This document shows positions 32,146 to 42,796 of a stretch of 64,000 bases of DNA, piece after piece; the stretch's first letter is position 1; each line of letters opens with the position of its first letter. The position numbers were made by a program, and so were the translations under genes. The notes beneath the pieces are model-generated. The model was not told the DNA's origin, made no database searches, and saw nothing but the letters and a program-made list of their open reading frames with translations. Source of the DNA: Methanotrichaceae archaeon (GTDB lineage: Archaea; Halobacteriota; Methanosarcinia; Methanotrichales; Methanotrichaceae); contig CAVWIG010000015.1 of assembly GCA_963754945.1 (NCBI GenBank), positions 48,078 through 112,077 of the forward strand. The letters are read 5' to 3'.

Positions 32146-33569
32146 GTATGTGTTTAGCTCCCACGTGAATTAATCCAAAATTGCCTAACCCATTTTGACC
32201 AGAAAAATTAAATAATATAATGATAATAATCCTCAAATGGGATTATGGACGAAGGAGAGATCAATAAGCAACTTCGGGAACAGAATGAGCTTTTAAAGCG
32301 TGAGAATGAGTTGCTTAAGGCAAAAATACGAGAACTTGAGGCTCGACTAGTTCAATATGAGAATGCACATACTCCACCAAGTCTAAGACGAGGGCGGAAT
32401 CAAAGAATAAGTCAGGATAAGAACCTCAAGGGAAATCCCGGTCAAAAGAGTGGGCACAAAGGTTTAGCGAGACCTTATGCGACTCCAGATAAGCAAGTGG
32501 AAGTTACAATGGATCTGTGCCCAGATTGCGGAGCAGAACTTGGCCTTCCTTTTCGAATTGATTCGAAGATTATTGAAGAAATTCCGGAACCTCAACCTAT
32601 CACCGTCACTGAATACAAAATCGCGCATTACAGATGTCCCTGCTGCCAAAAAGAAGTTGTTGCAGGCAATTCTGACTGCCCACACGAAGGTAAATTTGGT
32701 AAAAACATAATCTCACTGGCGACACTATTCAGATACGAAGATAGACTGCCTCACAGAAAAATCCGAGACGCTCTGAAGAGACTGTATGGGCTGAAAATAA
32801 GTCCTGCTACGATACTTGATTTAACCCGGCGCGCTGCTGATGCCGTTAGATCTGAATACGATGCGATTTTAAACAAAATTCGAGATGCTCCGATTCTCTA
32901 CGTAGACGAAACGTCAATCCACGTCCAGGGAGAAAAACACTGGATCTGGACATTTACCACACAATCTGAGACATTTTTCGTGATTCGAAAGAGCCGAGGC
33001 ATGAAGGTTCTGACGGAAGTTCTGACACGGAGATTCAAGGGAATAATCGTATGCGATGGGTGGAAACCTTATGCTAAATTCACAAATCGCTTGCAACGAT
33101 GTTGGGCCCATCTACTTCGAGAATCGAAAGACCTTGCCGAGAAGTTCGAGGAAGCGATTCCGTTGCATGAAGCGCTAAAAACGCTTTATGAATCATTGAC
33201 TAAAGCTCTGGAAAGTGATCCTCCACCAGAAATCCGAGCGGATTTATGGCATTCGGCACGAGAAGCGCTAAAGCAATGGATCATGAAAGAGTATCCTCTA
33301 GAAATAATCCAAAAATTCATCGGTAAAATTAGCAACGGATTCAATTACTGGTTCACGTTTATCATTAATCCGGGCGTAGAGCCGACCAATAATAGAGCAG
33401 AGAGAGCGTTGCGACCCCATGTCGTTTTGAGAAAGATCTTGGGCACGCTGCGCAATGAAAAAGGGACATCGATTCACGAGCGAATCATGACGGTGCTGGC
33501 AACCTGGGGACAGAAAGATCTGGATTGTCTCCAAATGCTAACGGCAAAGCTAACCAGCTAAACACATAC
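32146..33569 (+). mobile_element. IS66-family element (single-ORF type)
   Basis: 14-bp TIR GTATGTGTTTAGCT / AGCTAAACACATAC; 8-bp TSD CGCAAATC (32138-32145, 33570-33577). Confidence 0.96.
32245..33561 (+). CDS. IS66 transposase
   Basis: Coiled coil, HTPPS, CPDC..CPCC, YVDET, VCDGW, QRCWAHLLR, PTNNRAERALR. Confidence 0.95.
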   Translation: MDEGEINKQLREQNELLKRENELLKAKIRELEARLVQYENAHTPPSLRRGRNQRISQDKNLKGNPGQKSGHKGLARPYATPDKQVEVTMDLCPDCGAELGLPFRIDSKIIEEIPEPQPITVTEYKIAHYRCPCCQKEVVAGNSDCPHEGKFGKNIISLATLFRYEDRLPHRKIRDALKRLYGLKISPATILDLTRRAADAVRSEYDAILNKIRDAPILYVDETSIHVQGEKHWIWTFTTQSETFFVIRKSRGMKVLTEVLTRRFKGIIVCDGWKPYAKFTNRLQRCWAHLLRESKDLAEKFEEAIPLHEALKTLYESLTKALESDPPPEIRADLWHSAREALKQWIMKEYPLEIIQKFIGKISNGFNYWFTFIINPGVEPTNNRAERALRPHVVLRKILGTLRNEKGTSIHERIMTVLATWGQKDLDCLQMLTAKLTS

Positions 33570-35032
33570 CGCAAATCTAAAGATGAGCTTGAACAAAAGG
33601 TCCAAAAGAGAACCGCCGAGCTATCTGATGCGAAAGATAACCTCGAAACGATCAATGAAGAGTTGCAGATGGAAATTTCAGCGCATGAGAAGACTGAGAG
33701 AGATCTCCTGAAGGCTAAAGAGGCGGCCGAAGAGTCCGCCAATGCCAAAGGCGCATTCCTGGCCAACATGTCTCACGAGCTTCGCACTCCCATGAATGCC
33801 GTACTCGGCTTCTCGAGCCTCCTTCTGGATGACTCCCTGACTCAGGAGCAGAAGGAGTACATCGAAGGTATCAGGAAAGGTGGTGAGGCTCTCCTTTCCC
33901 TGATTAACGATATCCTGGACTTTTCCAAGGCTGAAAAGGACAAGATAGAGTTAGAGCGTCAACCGCTCAGTCTAAAGCATCTGATCGATGAATCCCTGGA
34001 TTTGGTCGCAACTCAAGCAAGCAAAAAAGGGCTGAACCTGTCCGAGACGATCAACTACGGCACGCCAGACACCATCATCGGAGATCATGGGAGGCTCAGG
34101 CAGATCTTAGTCAACCTGCTCAGCAATGCAGTCAAGTTCACCGACAAAGGTAACGTATCCGTGTCGATCTCATCCAAGGCCGTCGAAGATGACAGGCACC
34201 AGATATTCTTCGAGGTCAAGGACACCGGGATTGGCATACCTCAGGACAGGATAAATGGACTCTTCGAGCCGTTTGTCCAGGTTGAACGCACATTAAGTCG
34301 CAAACGTGATGGTGTTGGTCTTGGCCTCGCTATAACCAAGAGGCTAGTGGAACTCATGGGAGGAAGGATCTGGGTTGAGAGTAAACAGGGCAAGGGCACG
34401 ACTTTCCACTTTATGATTCCGGCTGAGACCATTCCAGGCAAACAGTTGGATTTCGGAAGGATGGATAGCGGAATCGCTTCAGAATGCTTACTAGGGCTGA
34501 AGCCCATGCGCATACTCGTAGCTGAAGATAACCCTTCGAACCAGAGGGTGCTTGTCGAGATGCTGAAAAGATTGGGCTACAGGGCTGACGCTGTGGCAGA
34601 CGGCAGTGAAGTTATCCAGGCCCTTGAACGTCAGGATTACGATTTGGTGCTGATGGATATCAGGATGCCTGAGATGGATGGGGTCACAGCTACTAAGGTC
34701 ATACGCAAACTGCGGCCCGAGAACGTGCCTAAGATCATTGCTATCACAGCTTTTGCTCTTGAGGGCGATCGTGAGATGTGTCTTGAAGCTGGCATGGACG
34801 ATTATATTGCAAAGCCAGTGCAAATGAGAGAACTGGCCGAAACGCTGAAGAGATGTGCCCTGAAGATCCAGTAAGAAGTAGCATAGGTATGTACAACCTG
34901 TGACCATTCACCCTATTTTTCGTTATTCTCCGGACCATTGATATTTTTATAAATACGTTTCATAGCTCGATCCCCAGTTGCATTTGCAGTATATATTCCA
35001 TATCCTAAGAATCGCTATGCTCTGGCACAATC

Positions 35033-36303
35033 GGCAGTGTAACGATTTTTCTGTACTTTGATAATAAGAATGATTATCGGCCCTGTATCCTATCCAATCT
35101 TGAGAAAAGGAGGACACAGGACCATGATACCCATAGCACTCTTGGAAGATTACCTTATCGATCAGGAAGATGGACTAAAGAAGCTTCTGACCTGGTTCTT
35201 GAACCTTGTAATGCAGCTAGAAGCGGCGCAACAGGCAGATGCAGAACCGTATCAGAGAGTCGAATCCCGAAAGGCACATAGGAATGGCTACAAGGAAAGA
35301 TCTCTGAAGACGCGAGTTGGAGAGCTCCGACTCAAGAAACCTCAATTCCGTGAAATTTCCTTCGAAACCAAGGTGTTCGACAGATTTTCGCGCGTAGAGA
35401 AGGCTTTGGTCAACGCTGTACTCGAATCGTATCTCCAGGGGGTTTCAACCAGGAGAATCCAAGATATTGTCTCTCGATTTGGCATCGAGAATTTATCTGC
35501 CTCTAGCGTTTCCAGGATATCCAAAGAGCTTGACGAGAAGGTAGAAGAATTCCTGAAGAAACCTATCGAACGTCCTATTCCTTATCTTTATGTAGATGCA
35601 AGCTACTTCAAAGTAAGAACAGAATCAAGATATGTTACCAAAGCTTTCATGATCGTCACAGGTGTTAGAGATGACGGTTATCGCGAGATACTTGGCGCAA
35701 GAATAGCTGACAGTGAAGATGAACTCTTCTGGTCGGGATTATTTCAAGATCTGGCGGATCGTGGGTTGTCCGGAGTAAAGCTCGTGATATCAGATGGTCA
35801 TAAGGGAATCCAGAAAGCGGTTGAGAAATCATTTCTTGGTGCTTCATGGCAAATGTGTCACGTTCACTTTTCAAGAGCGGTCTTGAGAAACGTTGCCAAG
35901 AAGTATCATAAGGAGATCGCCGATAAGATCAAGATCGCTCTGGAAGACGAAATCAAGATACAGGACTTAGCGAAAGAATTGAGGGAAAGAGGTTATGCGA
36001 AATCTGCTGACACTATCGACCGCTTCAGATTCAGTCTGTGGAATTACAGGGCATTCCCCAGAGGTCACTGGAGAAGGATTCGGACTACAAACGGGCTGGA
36101 GAGGATCAACAAGGAGCTGAAAAGAAGATCCAGGGTAGTCGGTGCCTTCCCAAGTGAGAGCTCGTTCATGAGGTTAGGGGTTTCGATCCTCATCGATATC
36201 AACGAAGAATGGCTGACCGCTAAAAAGTATTTATCTATGGATGCTGATTGAGTATGTTGGGATACAGGGCAACTCCAAATTACAGAAATCTCGGCACACT
36301 ACC
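35033..36303 (+). mobile_element. IS256-family element, copy 2
   Basis: Inverted copy of 1263-2533 with the same TIRs. No TSD. Confidence 0.95.
35058..36251 (+). CDS. IS256 transposase
   Basis: Protein identical to 1315-2508. Confidence 0.95.
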   Translation: MIIRMIIGPVSYPILRKGGHRTMIPIALLEDYLIDQEDGLKKLLTWFLNLVMQLEAAQQADAEPYQRVESRKAHRNGYKERSLKTRVGELRLKKPQFREISFETKVFDRFSRVEKALVNAVLESYLQGVSTRRIQDIVSRFGIENLSASSVSRISKELDEKVEEFLKKPIERPIPYLYVDASYFKVRTESRYVTKAFMIVTGVRDDGYREILGARIADSEDELFWSGLFQDLADRGLSGVKLVISDGHKGIQKAVEKSFLGASWQMCHVHFSRAVLRNVAKKYHKEIADKIKIALEDEIKIQDLAKELRERGYAKSADTIDRFRFSLWNYRAFPRGHWRRIRTTNGLERINKELKRRSRVVGAFPSESSFMRLGVSILIDINEEWLTAKKYLSMDAD

Positions 36304-36439
36304 CTGCTGTCAATTAAATATCTTTTGATTTGTGTGTATTGCAGCTTCTGCGGAATCTTATAAGCATCTTCTCGAAGGTTTCTTCTACATCAGTTTTTGG
36401 CTGCAGAGGATGAAACTACGCATGAGGTTACCCTGTAAT

Positions 36440-37075
36440 TTAGACTTTTTCGGCCTCTACTTCCAACCTCATCATTCTAACATGGACTTGCCCATTACTA
36501 TCTAGCGGATGAGCAGATATGTAGCCCTCAGCTATCTCATGGATAAAATCATGCTGAAGCTCATCTGGTATCCTTTCAATATACGGTAACCATGTACTTC
36601 CTATCCAGGATGCAAGACCTTCTAGGCCGGGCTGGACCATATCCTTTGGAATTAATTCAACTCTTGCAGCCCTTAATCCTGCTTGATCTAGCCAGCGTTC
36701 ATACTCTTCAGGTCCAAAAAAAGCGTATTGAAATGCAAAATCCTTGAAGTAACTGGCCCATTTCTTTCTGGAAATCAGGTTTTCTATGACTTTCAAAATC
36801 TCGGATGCATTACCTCGGCCTCCAAATTGAATAAAGAGCTCGCCATCTGATTTGAGACTGCGTTTTATCCCTCCAAGGACAAGTTTATGATCCGGAACCC
36901 AGTGTAGACAAGCGAAAGAGACAACAAGGTCGAACTCGTCCACGTATTTTAAATCAGAAGCATCTCCATACTGGAAGGATAGATTGGGCCAACTTGATTG
37001 GGGAAACTTACCTTGGGCGAAGGTTATCATCTCTATCGAGTTATCGATACCGACAACCGATCCTTCAGGCACGAG
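36440..37075 (-). pseudogene. Class I SAM methyltransferase (Tam-like), 5'-truncated
   Basis: Starts at VVGIDNSIEMI, with FDLVVSFACLHW. The N-terminal LDxGCG motif is missing. Confidence 0.75.
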
Positions 37076-37375
37076 TTATGCATTGCATCATCCCATGGTA
37101 CATAGAATAACCCCAAAGATAAGCATGATCCTTGATGATCGCGAATGATCCGACCAAATTGTCCTATCAGACGTCGTTGAGTACTCGGCAGAAACAGCCT
37201 CTGGTGTTTTCATCCTCTTATATGGGAAGATAGTGTAGATGCTGTGGACTTGACCGTCTTTACGACCAATCTGGGCAATTACTCTCTCTTCAATTTTTAG
37301 AATCTTTGGAAATACAAAATGATCGAATCATGAGTGTTTTATAAAGGAACAGTATAAGCTTATTTGGGTGATAAT

Positions 37376-38065
37376 TTGCACATTCCAGACGGTTACCTCG
37401 GACCATATACTTATGTTACGCTTTACTTGGTCATGATTCCCATCTGGTTGTACGCTGGACACAAAATGAGAAGAGAACTCAGGTCCAGGCAGGTGCCCCT
37501 TCTGGCATTTTCTGGAGCATTCGCCTTTGTAATTATGATGTTCAACGTGCCAGTTCCCGGAGGCAGTACGGGACATGCTGTAGGAGGAGCGATAATAGGA
37601 ATAATCTTAGGGCCTTGGGCTGCCGTCATTTCCATTTCAGTAACGCTTGTCCTTCAGGCTTTGATCTTCGGCGACGGTGGAATTACAACGATCGGCGCCA
37701 ACTGCTTCAACATGGCAGTAGTGATTCCATTTGCAGCATATTATAGCTATAGACTCATCAGCGGGACCTCGGACTTAAACTCGTCTAGGAGACTAATTGC
37801 AGCTGCTATTGCAGGTTATCTTTCTCTTTCTCTGGCGGCAGGAGTTACAGGCTTCGAACTCGGATTACAACCGATACTGGAACACGATGCAAATGGCACG
37901 CCGCTGTACATGCCCTACGGGCTTAATGTGACCATTCCGGCAATGCTTTTGGAGAACATGTTATTCTTTGGATTCGTCGAGGCACTGGTAACCGCTTTGA
38001 TCTTTGCCTACATCAGGAAGACTGACCCAAGCTTGCTAACAGAAAAAAGCTCTAAAACTGTTTAG
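37376..38065 (+). CDS. ECF-type Ni/Co transporter S component (NikM/CbiM family)
   Basis: TTG start gives N-terminal MHIPDGYLG; GGSTGHAVGG, QALIFGDGG. Confidence 0.92.
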   Translation: MHIPDGYLGPYTYVTLYLVMIPIWLYAGHKMRRELRSRQVPLLAFSGAFAFVIMMFNVPVPGGSTGHAVGGAIIGIILGPWAAVISISVTLVLQALIFGDGGITTIGANCFNMAVVIPFAAYYSYRLISGTSDLNSSRRLIAAAIAGYLSLSLAAGVTGFELGLQPILEHDANGTPLYMPYGLNVTIPAMLLENMLFFGFVEALVTALIFAYIRKTDPSLLTEKSSKTV

Positions 38066-38363
38066 ATAAGGGTGTTCTCTTCCTGGACCGGCCTTCTGAG
38101 CTAGAGTCACTCCCTCCCTGTTGAGTTGCACACAAAAATTAATAGCTTGATTTGAGAAAAAGTGGTAGCGCAGTGCAGGAAAAGGAGGGGGGGCCGACAT
38201 AGCTCTGGCGGGAGGTGAACCTCATTTTGAAACGAGTCATGTCGGCATCATCAGAGTCTCCGCAATGTCATGCCACAATATCGTCCATCGAGAGGCTCAA
38301 TTTGTTTGCTATGGGACTAAATAGTTAAAGATTTCGGCTATACGCGGAGACACCGAAACGTCG

Positions 38364-39218
38364 CTAAAGCCTCTGCAGGATGGCTTCAACTATCTGGTCA
38401 AAGGCTTTAGCAGCAGGAGTATCTTTTCCTGTGAAGACCTGGCCAAGGTCGCCCAATCTCCCAATCTCCGCATCCAAAGGTATGGCTCCAAGGAATGGCA
38501 CGTTAAGCTCTTTCGCTGCTTTCTCCCCGCCACCTGTTTTAAACACATTTATTTGTTCACCGCAATGAGGGCAGATAAGACCACTCATGTTCTCTACTAT
38601 GCCAAGGACTGGAACCTTCATCATGAGGAACATGTTGACCGCTTTTCTGGAGTCCAGCAATGCCACCTCCTGAGGAGTGGTTACAATAATAGCTCCATCC
38701 AGGTCCGGTATCAATTGTACTGCACTGATAGGTTCGTCGCTGGTCCCTGGAGGAAGATCCACTAGCAGAAAGTCCAGATCGCCCCAGTTCACCTCGGAGA
38801 GGAACTGCTTCAAGGCCGCCATCTTCATAGGGCCGCGCCACACAACGGCCGAGTCTTTACTCTCAAGCAGCAAGGCCATGGATATAACCTTCACATCATC
38901 GGCATCAACGGGCTCGATGCCTTCCTCACCAGGCCGAACCTTTTTGTCCTCTACGCCCATGAGCTTGGGAACGCATGGGCCGGTAATGTCGGCGTCCATG
39001 ATGCCAACGCTATAGCCTCTGCGCTTCAGAGCAACGGCCAGGTTGACGGTCACTGTGCTCTTGCCCACGCCACCCTTTCCGCTTCCCACAACGATCTTGT
39101 GCTTTATCCGCTCCATGCGAATCGACGTCTCGTCTTGCTCCCTGGGATCGGTGCATGTGTTGCGCTTGCCGCAGGAATCACAGCTTCCATCGCAGCTTTC
39201 TTTAGCAGAACCGTTCAT
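38364..39218 (-). CDS. Mrp/NBP35 (ApbC) Fe-S cluster carrier ATPase
   Basis: N-terminal CxxxCxxCxxxxxC, SGKGGVGKST, WRGP, DLPPGT, ENMS..CPHC. Confidence 0.95.
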   Translation of the reverse strand: MNGSAKESCDGSCDSCGKRNTCTDPREQDETSIRMERIKHKIVVGSGKGGVGKSTVTVNLAVALKRRGYSVGIMDADITGPCVPKLMGVEDKKVRPGEEGIEPVDADDVKVISMALLLESKDSAVVWRGPMKMAALKQFLSEVNWGDLDFLLVDLPPGTSDEPISAVQLIPDLDGAIIVTTPQEVALLDSRKAVNMFLMMKVPVLGIVENMSGLICPHCGEQINVFKTGGGEKAAKELNVPFLGAIPLDAEIGRLGDLGQVFTGKDTPAAKAFDQIVEAILQRL

Positions 39219-39356
39219 ATCATAATCACCGTAAGTTAGGAATAGTAGGCAATGTCATTGCTCGCTAAAAGTAGCTGATGAGATCATATATTTAAGCTTT
39301 CTCATAATAAAATGAGATCGAAATATAAAAGTGTATGGAGGCTTAGCGGCAGATTT

Positions 39357-39857
39357 TCAAGCCTTATCGGCCCTATTGAGACCTTCTTCTGCGGTTTCGC
39401 TCTTCGCTTCACCTTCGGCTCCTTTCAAGGAGCTCATCTTGGCGATGATGTAATCAAGCCTGGTTCTAAGAAGATGCAGTTCCCGTTCCATCAGGGCCAT
39501 CTCCACTTCACCTGCGGCTTGACTTGATGGCTCTGTAGTGGTCGCAGTTTCCTCTTGTTCTCTCAGTATGTAGCTCCCGCCCTCGATAAGGATGCCCATG
39601 CCGTAGACGAGTGCCACTGATATCTTCTTCCTGGCACTGGATAGATCGTTCCAGAAGGCCTTCCTGGAAATACCCATGTAAGATGCCGCCTCCTCCTGTT
39701 CCAGCTCAAGAAGATCTACCAGGCGCACTGCCTCCAGTTCCTCAAGGCTCAAACAGACTGCTTCTGTTCTCGGGCAGCCATCGGGCAAAAAGCATCTGAC
39801 CTGAGGGAGCTCCGAAATCCAGCGTCTTCCTCGGCGTCTACCTCTGCAAGGACACAT
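39357..39857 (-). CDS. DUF134 HTH protein
   Basis: RGRRRGRR, EELEAVRLVD..LEQEEAA..MGISR...ARKKI..IEGG. Confidence 0.9.
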   Translation of the reverse strand: MCPCRGRRRGRRWISELPQVRCFLPDGCPRTEAVCLSLEELEAVRLVDLLELEQEEAASYMGISRKAFWNDLSSARKKISVALVYGMGILIEGGSYILREQEETATTTEPSSQAAGEVEMALMERELHLLRTRLDYIIAKMSSLKGAEGEAKSETAEEGLNRADKA

Positions 39858-40056
39858 GAAATATCATCTTGATTAAGTTATATTTAACCTTAGCCTATAG
39901 AAATATTTAATTATATAGTCCCGTAAGTTACTATTACTCAGAGGTTAACGTCTCAGCGAGACGAACGAGGGTTCGCCAGTGAAAAAAAAAGGCACGGGCA
40001 AGTCTACTGAATCTTAACCAAAACCTATTCAAGAGTCAATATGGTGAATCCAGATT

Positions 40057-40103
40057 GAGTTAAATTCAAATATAACGTCGCATACGACATAATTGTTCTC
40101 AAG
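40057..40103 (+). promoter_or_regulatory. Conserved promoter/operator block, copy A (upstream of atwA)
   Basis: GAGTTAA-N4-AAATATAA-N-GTCGCATA-N3-CATAATTGTTCT, matching 44435-44481. Confidence 0.6.
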
Positions 40104-40149
40104 ACAGAAAATCGGTCAATGAATCCGAAATGCGCATTAAGCTCAGTCC

Positions 40150-41773
40150 ATGAGGTATGATAGTTTGGCACCTTTTATCGAGATCCGGGATCTGACAGTT
40201 CGCTTTGGTGATGTGAAAGCCCTCAACAAAATCAATCTGGACATAGAGGAGGGCGAGTCGGTTGGTTTTCTAGGCAAGAGTGGCTCGGGAAAAAGCGTTT
40301 TAATGCACATGCTCCGAGGAGTGGAGACATTCCCGGACACCACTGGCAGTGTGATCTACCATGTAGCCAGATGCAAAACCTGCCGGCAAGTGGAACCTCC
40401 AAGCCACGCCGGGCAGAAATGTAGGTGTGGAGGAATTTTAGAGCCCAAAGATGCAGACTTTGTGGCTCTGGACGTTAATGACCCTCTGAGGAGGGACATC
40501 GTGAGAAGAGTCGCCATAATGCTTCAGAGGACCTTTGCCCTTTATGGCGACGAGCGGGTTATAGTCAACGTCATGAGAGCGGTGGAAGAATCTGGAGACA
40601 ACATAAGCATCCAAAAGGCCGCCGACCTTCTGGACGAGGTCAACCTTTCCCACAGGATGATGCACGTCGCCAGGGAGCTCTCAGGGGGAGAAAAGCAGCG
40701 GGTGGTGCTGGCACGACAATTGGCCAAGTCTGCCAATGCTGCTTTTGGCCGACGAACCCACGGGAACCCTCGATCCATCGACCGCTGAGGTCGTCCACGA
40801 GTCCATAAGAAGAGCAGTCAAGGATTTCAAAATGACTCTGATCATCACCAGCCACTGGGAGGATGTGATGATCGACCTCACCGATAGGGCGGTGCTTCTG
40901 GACCAGGGCGAGATCAAGTGCATGGGAGATCCCAAGGATGTGGCCTCCGAGTTCCTTTTGATGGCAGGCGAACTGGGTCATCGAGAACTTGTAAAGGTCG
41001 GAGAACCGATAATTAAGGTAAATGATCTGGCCAAGAGGTACATCAGTATAGACCGGGGAGTGGTCAAGGCAGTGGATTCTGTTAGCTTTGATGTGAAAGA
41101 AGGAGAGATCTTCGGCCTTGTTGGAATGAGCGGTGGAGGAAAGACCACACTGTCCAAGATGATAAGTGGAATCATAACCCCAACTTCTGGGAATGCCTGG
41201 GTCAGAGTGGGAGACGAGTGGGTGGACATGAACATCCTGGGGTCCAATGGCCGGGGTAGAGCCACCAAGTACATTGGCGTCCTACACCAGGAGTACACCC
41301 TTTACCCTTCAAGAACCGTAATCGACAACCTCACAGGGTCTATCGGTCTGGCTCTACCTTTCGAGCTGGCAGAAAGAAAGGCCGTTCACACCTTGACGAC
41401 TGTCGGCTTCACTGATGGGCAAGCTGAGGCGGTTCTGGACAAGATGCCCGATGAGCTTTCCGAGGGAGAGCGACACAGGATAGCCATGGCCCAGGTCCTG
41501 ATCAAAGAGCCAAGCATTGTTATCCTGGACGAGCCCACCGGCACCATGGACCCTATAACCAAAATTGAGGTCACAAAATCCATACTCAACGCCAGAGAAG
41601 AATTGGGGGAAACCTTTGTCATAGTCAGCCACGACTTGGACTTCGTTAAGAACGCCTGCGATAGGGCACTGCTCATGCGCAACGGCAAGGCGATCTTCAC
41701 CGGGTTCCCGGATGAAGTTCTAGCCAAGATCACCGAAGAAGAACAAAAAGAGATGCTGGGGAATTCGCATTAA
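40150..41773 (+). pseudogene. atwA: Methyl-coenzyme M reductase system component A2 (ABC ATPase), +1 frameshift at ~40731
   Basis: GKSGSGKSVLMHMLRG, Zn finger, AIMLQRTFALY, HRMMHVARELSGGEKQR. AAGTCT(G)CCAATG breaks KSPMLLLADEPTG. Second ABC domain intact. Confidence 0.88.
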
Positions 41774-41895
41774 AAGGTTCTTATCGGAAAATTGGCTTGA
41801 GAGCATGCCTTTGATTCTTCCAAATTATGTCTTTCCAGTATGTTCTTACCCTTGAAAGTCCATATATTATCGAAAACGACTCTTGAGTTTAAATT

Positions 41896-42717
41896 ATGAA
41901 TTATACACGAAGTACTCTAAAAGAATCTGCCCAAAGATTCGAAAAAACCGTGAATTTAGAAATAGGCTCGCTTTATCAGGCAAAAGCAGTTGAGAAAATT
42001 CCAAATGTGCAGGACGGTGGTGTTGTAACAAGCCTTTTGGGATACGCTCTTGATGAGGGCATAATAAAAGGGGCGGTAGTTATTGGGAAGGATGTTCAAT
42101 GGAATACATTTCCTGTTCTCGCGACCGATTCACAAGAGCTGAGAAATTATACAGGGAGCGTTTATTTTCCCATAAACAACAGAGACTATCGAGCGATGGT
42201 TAGAAAAGCAATAGATACCTTCAGGGATATTGGAATCGTGGTCACACCAGGTGAACTGAAAGTTCTTGACTCGGGATCTAATAGGGTAAAACTTGACGAG
42301 GTTTACCTGAAAATCGGGCTTTTTTGTCTTGGCAGTTTCAACCCAGAAAAATTCTGGAATTACGTAGGCAAAGGAATAAAGAGAGAAGACGTTAAGAGAT
42401 TTGAAATTGACAAGGAACTCAGACTCGTCGATGGAGAAGGAAAAACCGTTTTCCAAAGGCCGGTCAGGGAAGCGCACGAATATTCAATTCCTTGGTGCAA
42501 AAAGTGCCGTGACTTCATGCCCGGCACTGCGGACTTGTCTGTTGGGGCTGGACCTGAAAAGGGTACATGCGCTGTATACCTCCAAACAGCAAGAGGCTTG
42601 GAGATATTCAGGGAGGCGTATGAAAACGGCCGGCTAATTGTAACAGAAGTACAGACTAAGTTTAAGGAAAAGTTCGAAAAAACGATGAATCAGAAAACAA
42701 AGATTATACCGAGATAA
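41896..42717 (+). CDS. FrhB/FdhB-like coenzyme F420 hydrogenase beta-family protein (divergent)
   Basis: QDGGVVTSLL, GSVY, IGLFC, CKKCRDF..ADLSVG, TARG. Confidence 0.8.
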   Translation: MNYTRSTLKESAQRFEKTVNLEIGSLYQAKAVEKIPNVQDGGVVTSLLGYALDEGIIKGAVVIGKDVQWNTFPVLATDSQELRNYTGSVYFPINNRDYRAMVRKAIDTFRDIGIVVTPGELKVLDSGSNRVKLDEVYLKIGLFCLGSFNPEKFWNYVGKGIKREDVKRFEIDKELRLVDGEGKTVFQRPVREAHEYSIPWCKKCRDFMPGTADLSVGAGPEKGTCAVYLQTARGLEIFREAYENGRLIVTEVQTKFKEKFEKTMNQKTKIIPR

Positions 42718-42796
42718 GCATTAGCCTACGGATCACGCGCAAAAATGAAAAGAATATGCATAAATGATACTCTCATGAAAAATAAGTTTCATTAGC

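Larger units (their letters stand above)
29426..34874 (+). pseudogene. Hybrid sensor histidine kinase (MEDS-PAS-GAF-PAS-PAS-PAS-HisKA-HATPase-REC), interrupted by IS66
   Basis: MEDS (GTHFCQFY), PAS/PAC DITERK motifs, GAF, H-box FLANMSHELRTPMN, N/G boxes, REC (VLMDIRMP..KP). IS removal gives in-frame EELRKSKDELEQ, ~1338 aa. Confidence 0.93.

Noticed and set aside
2534-35032. Inversion between the inverted IS256 copies
   Set aside because: The flanks are not reverse-complement-swapped TSDs.
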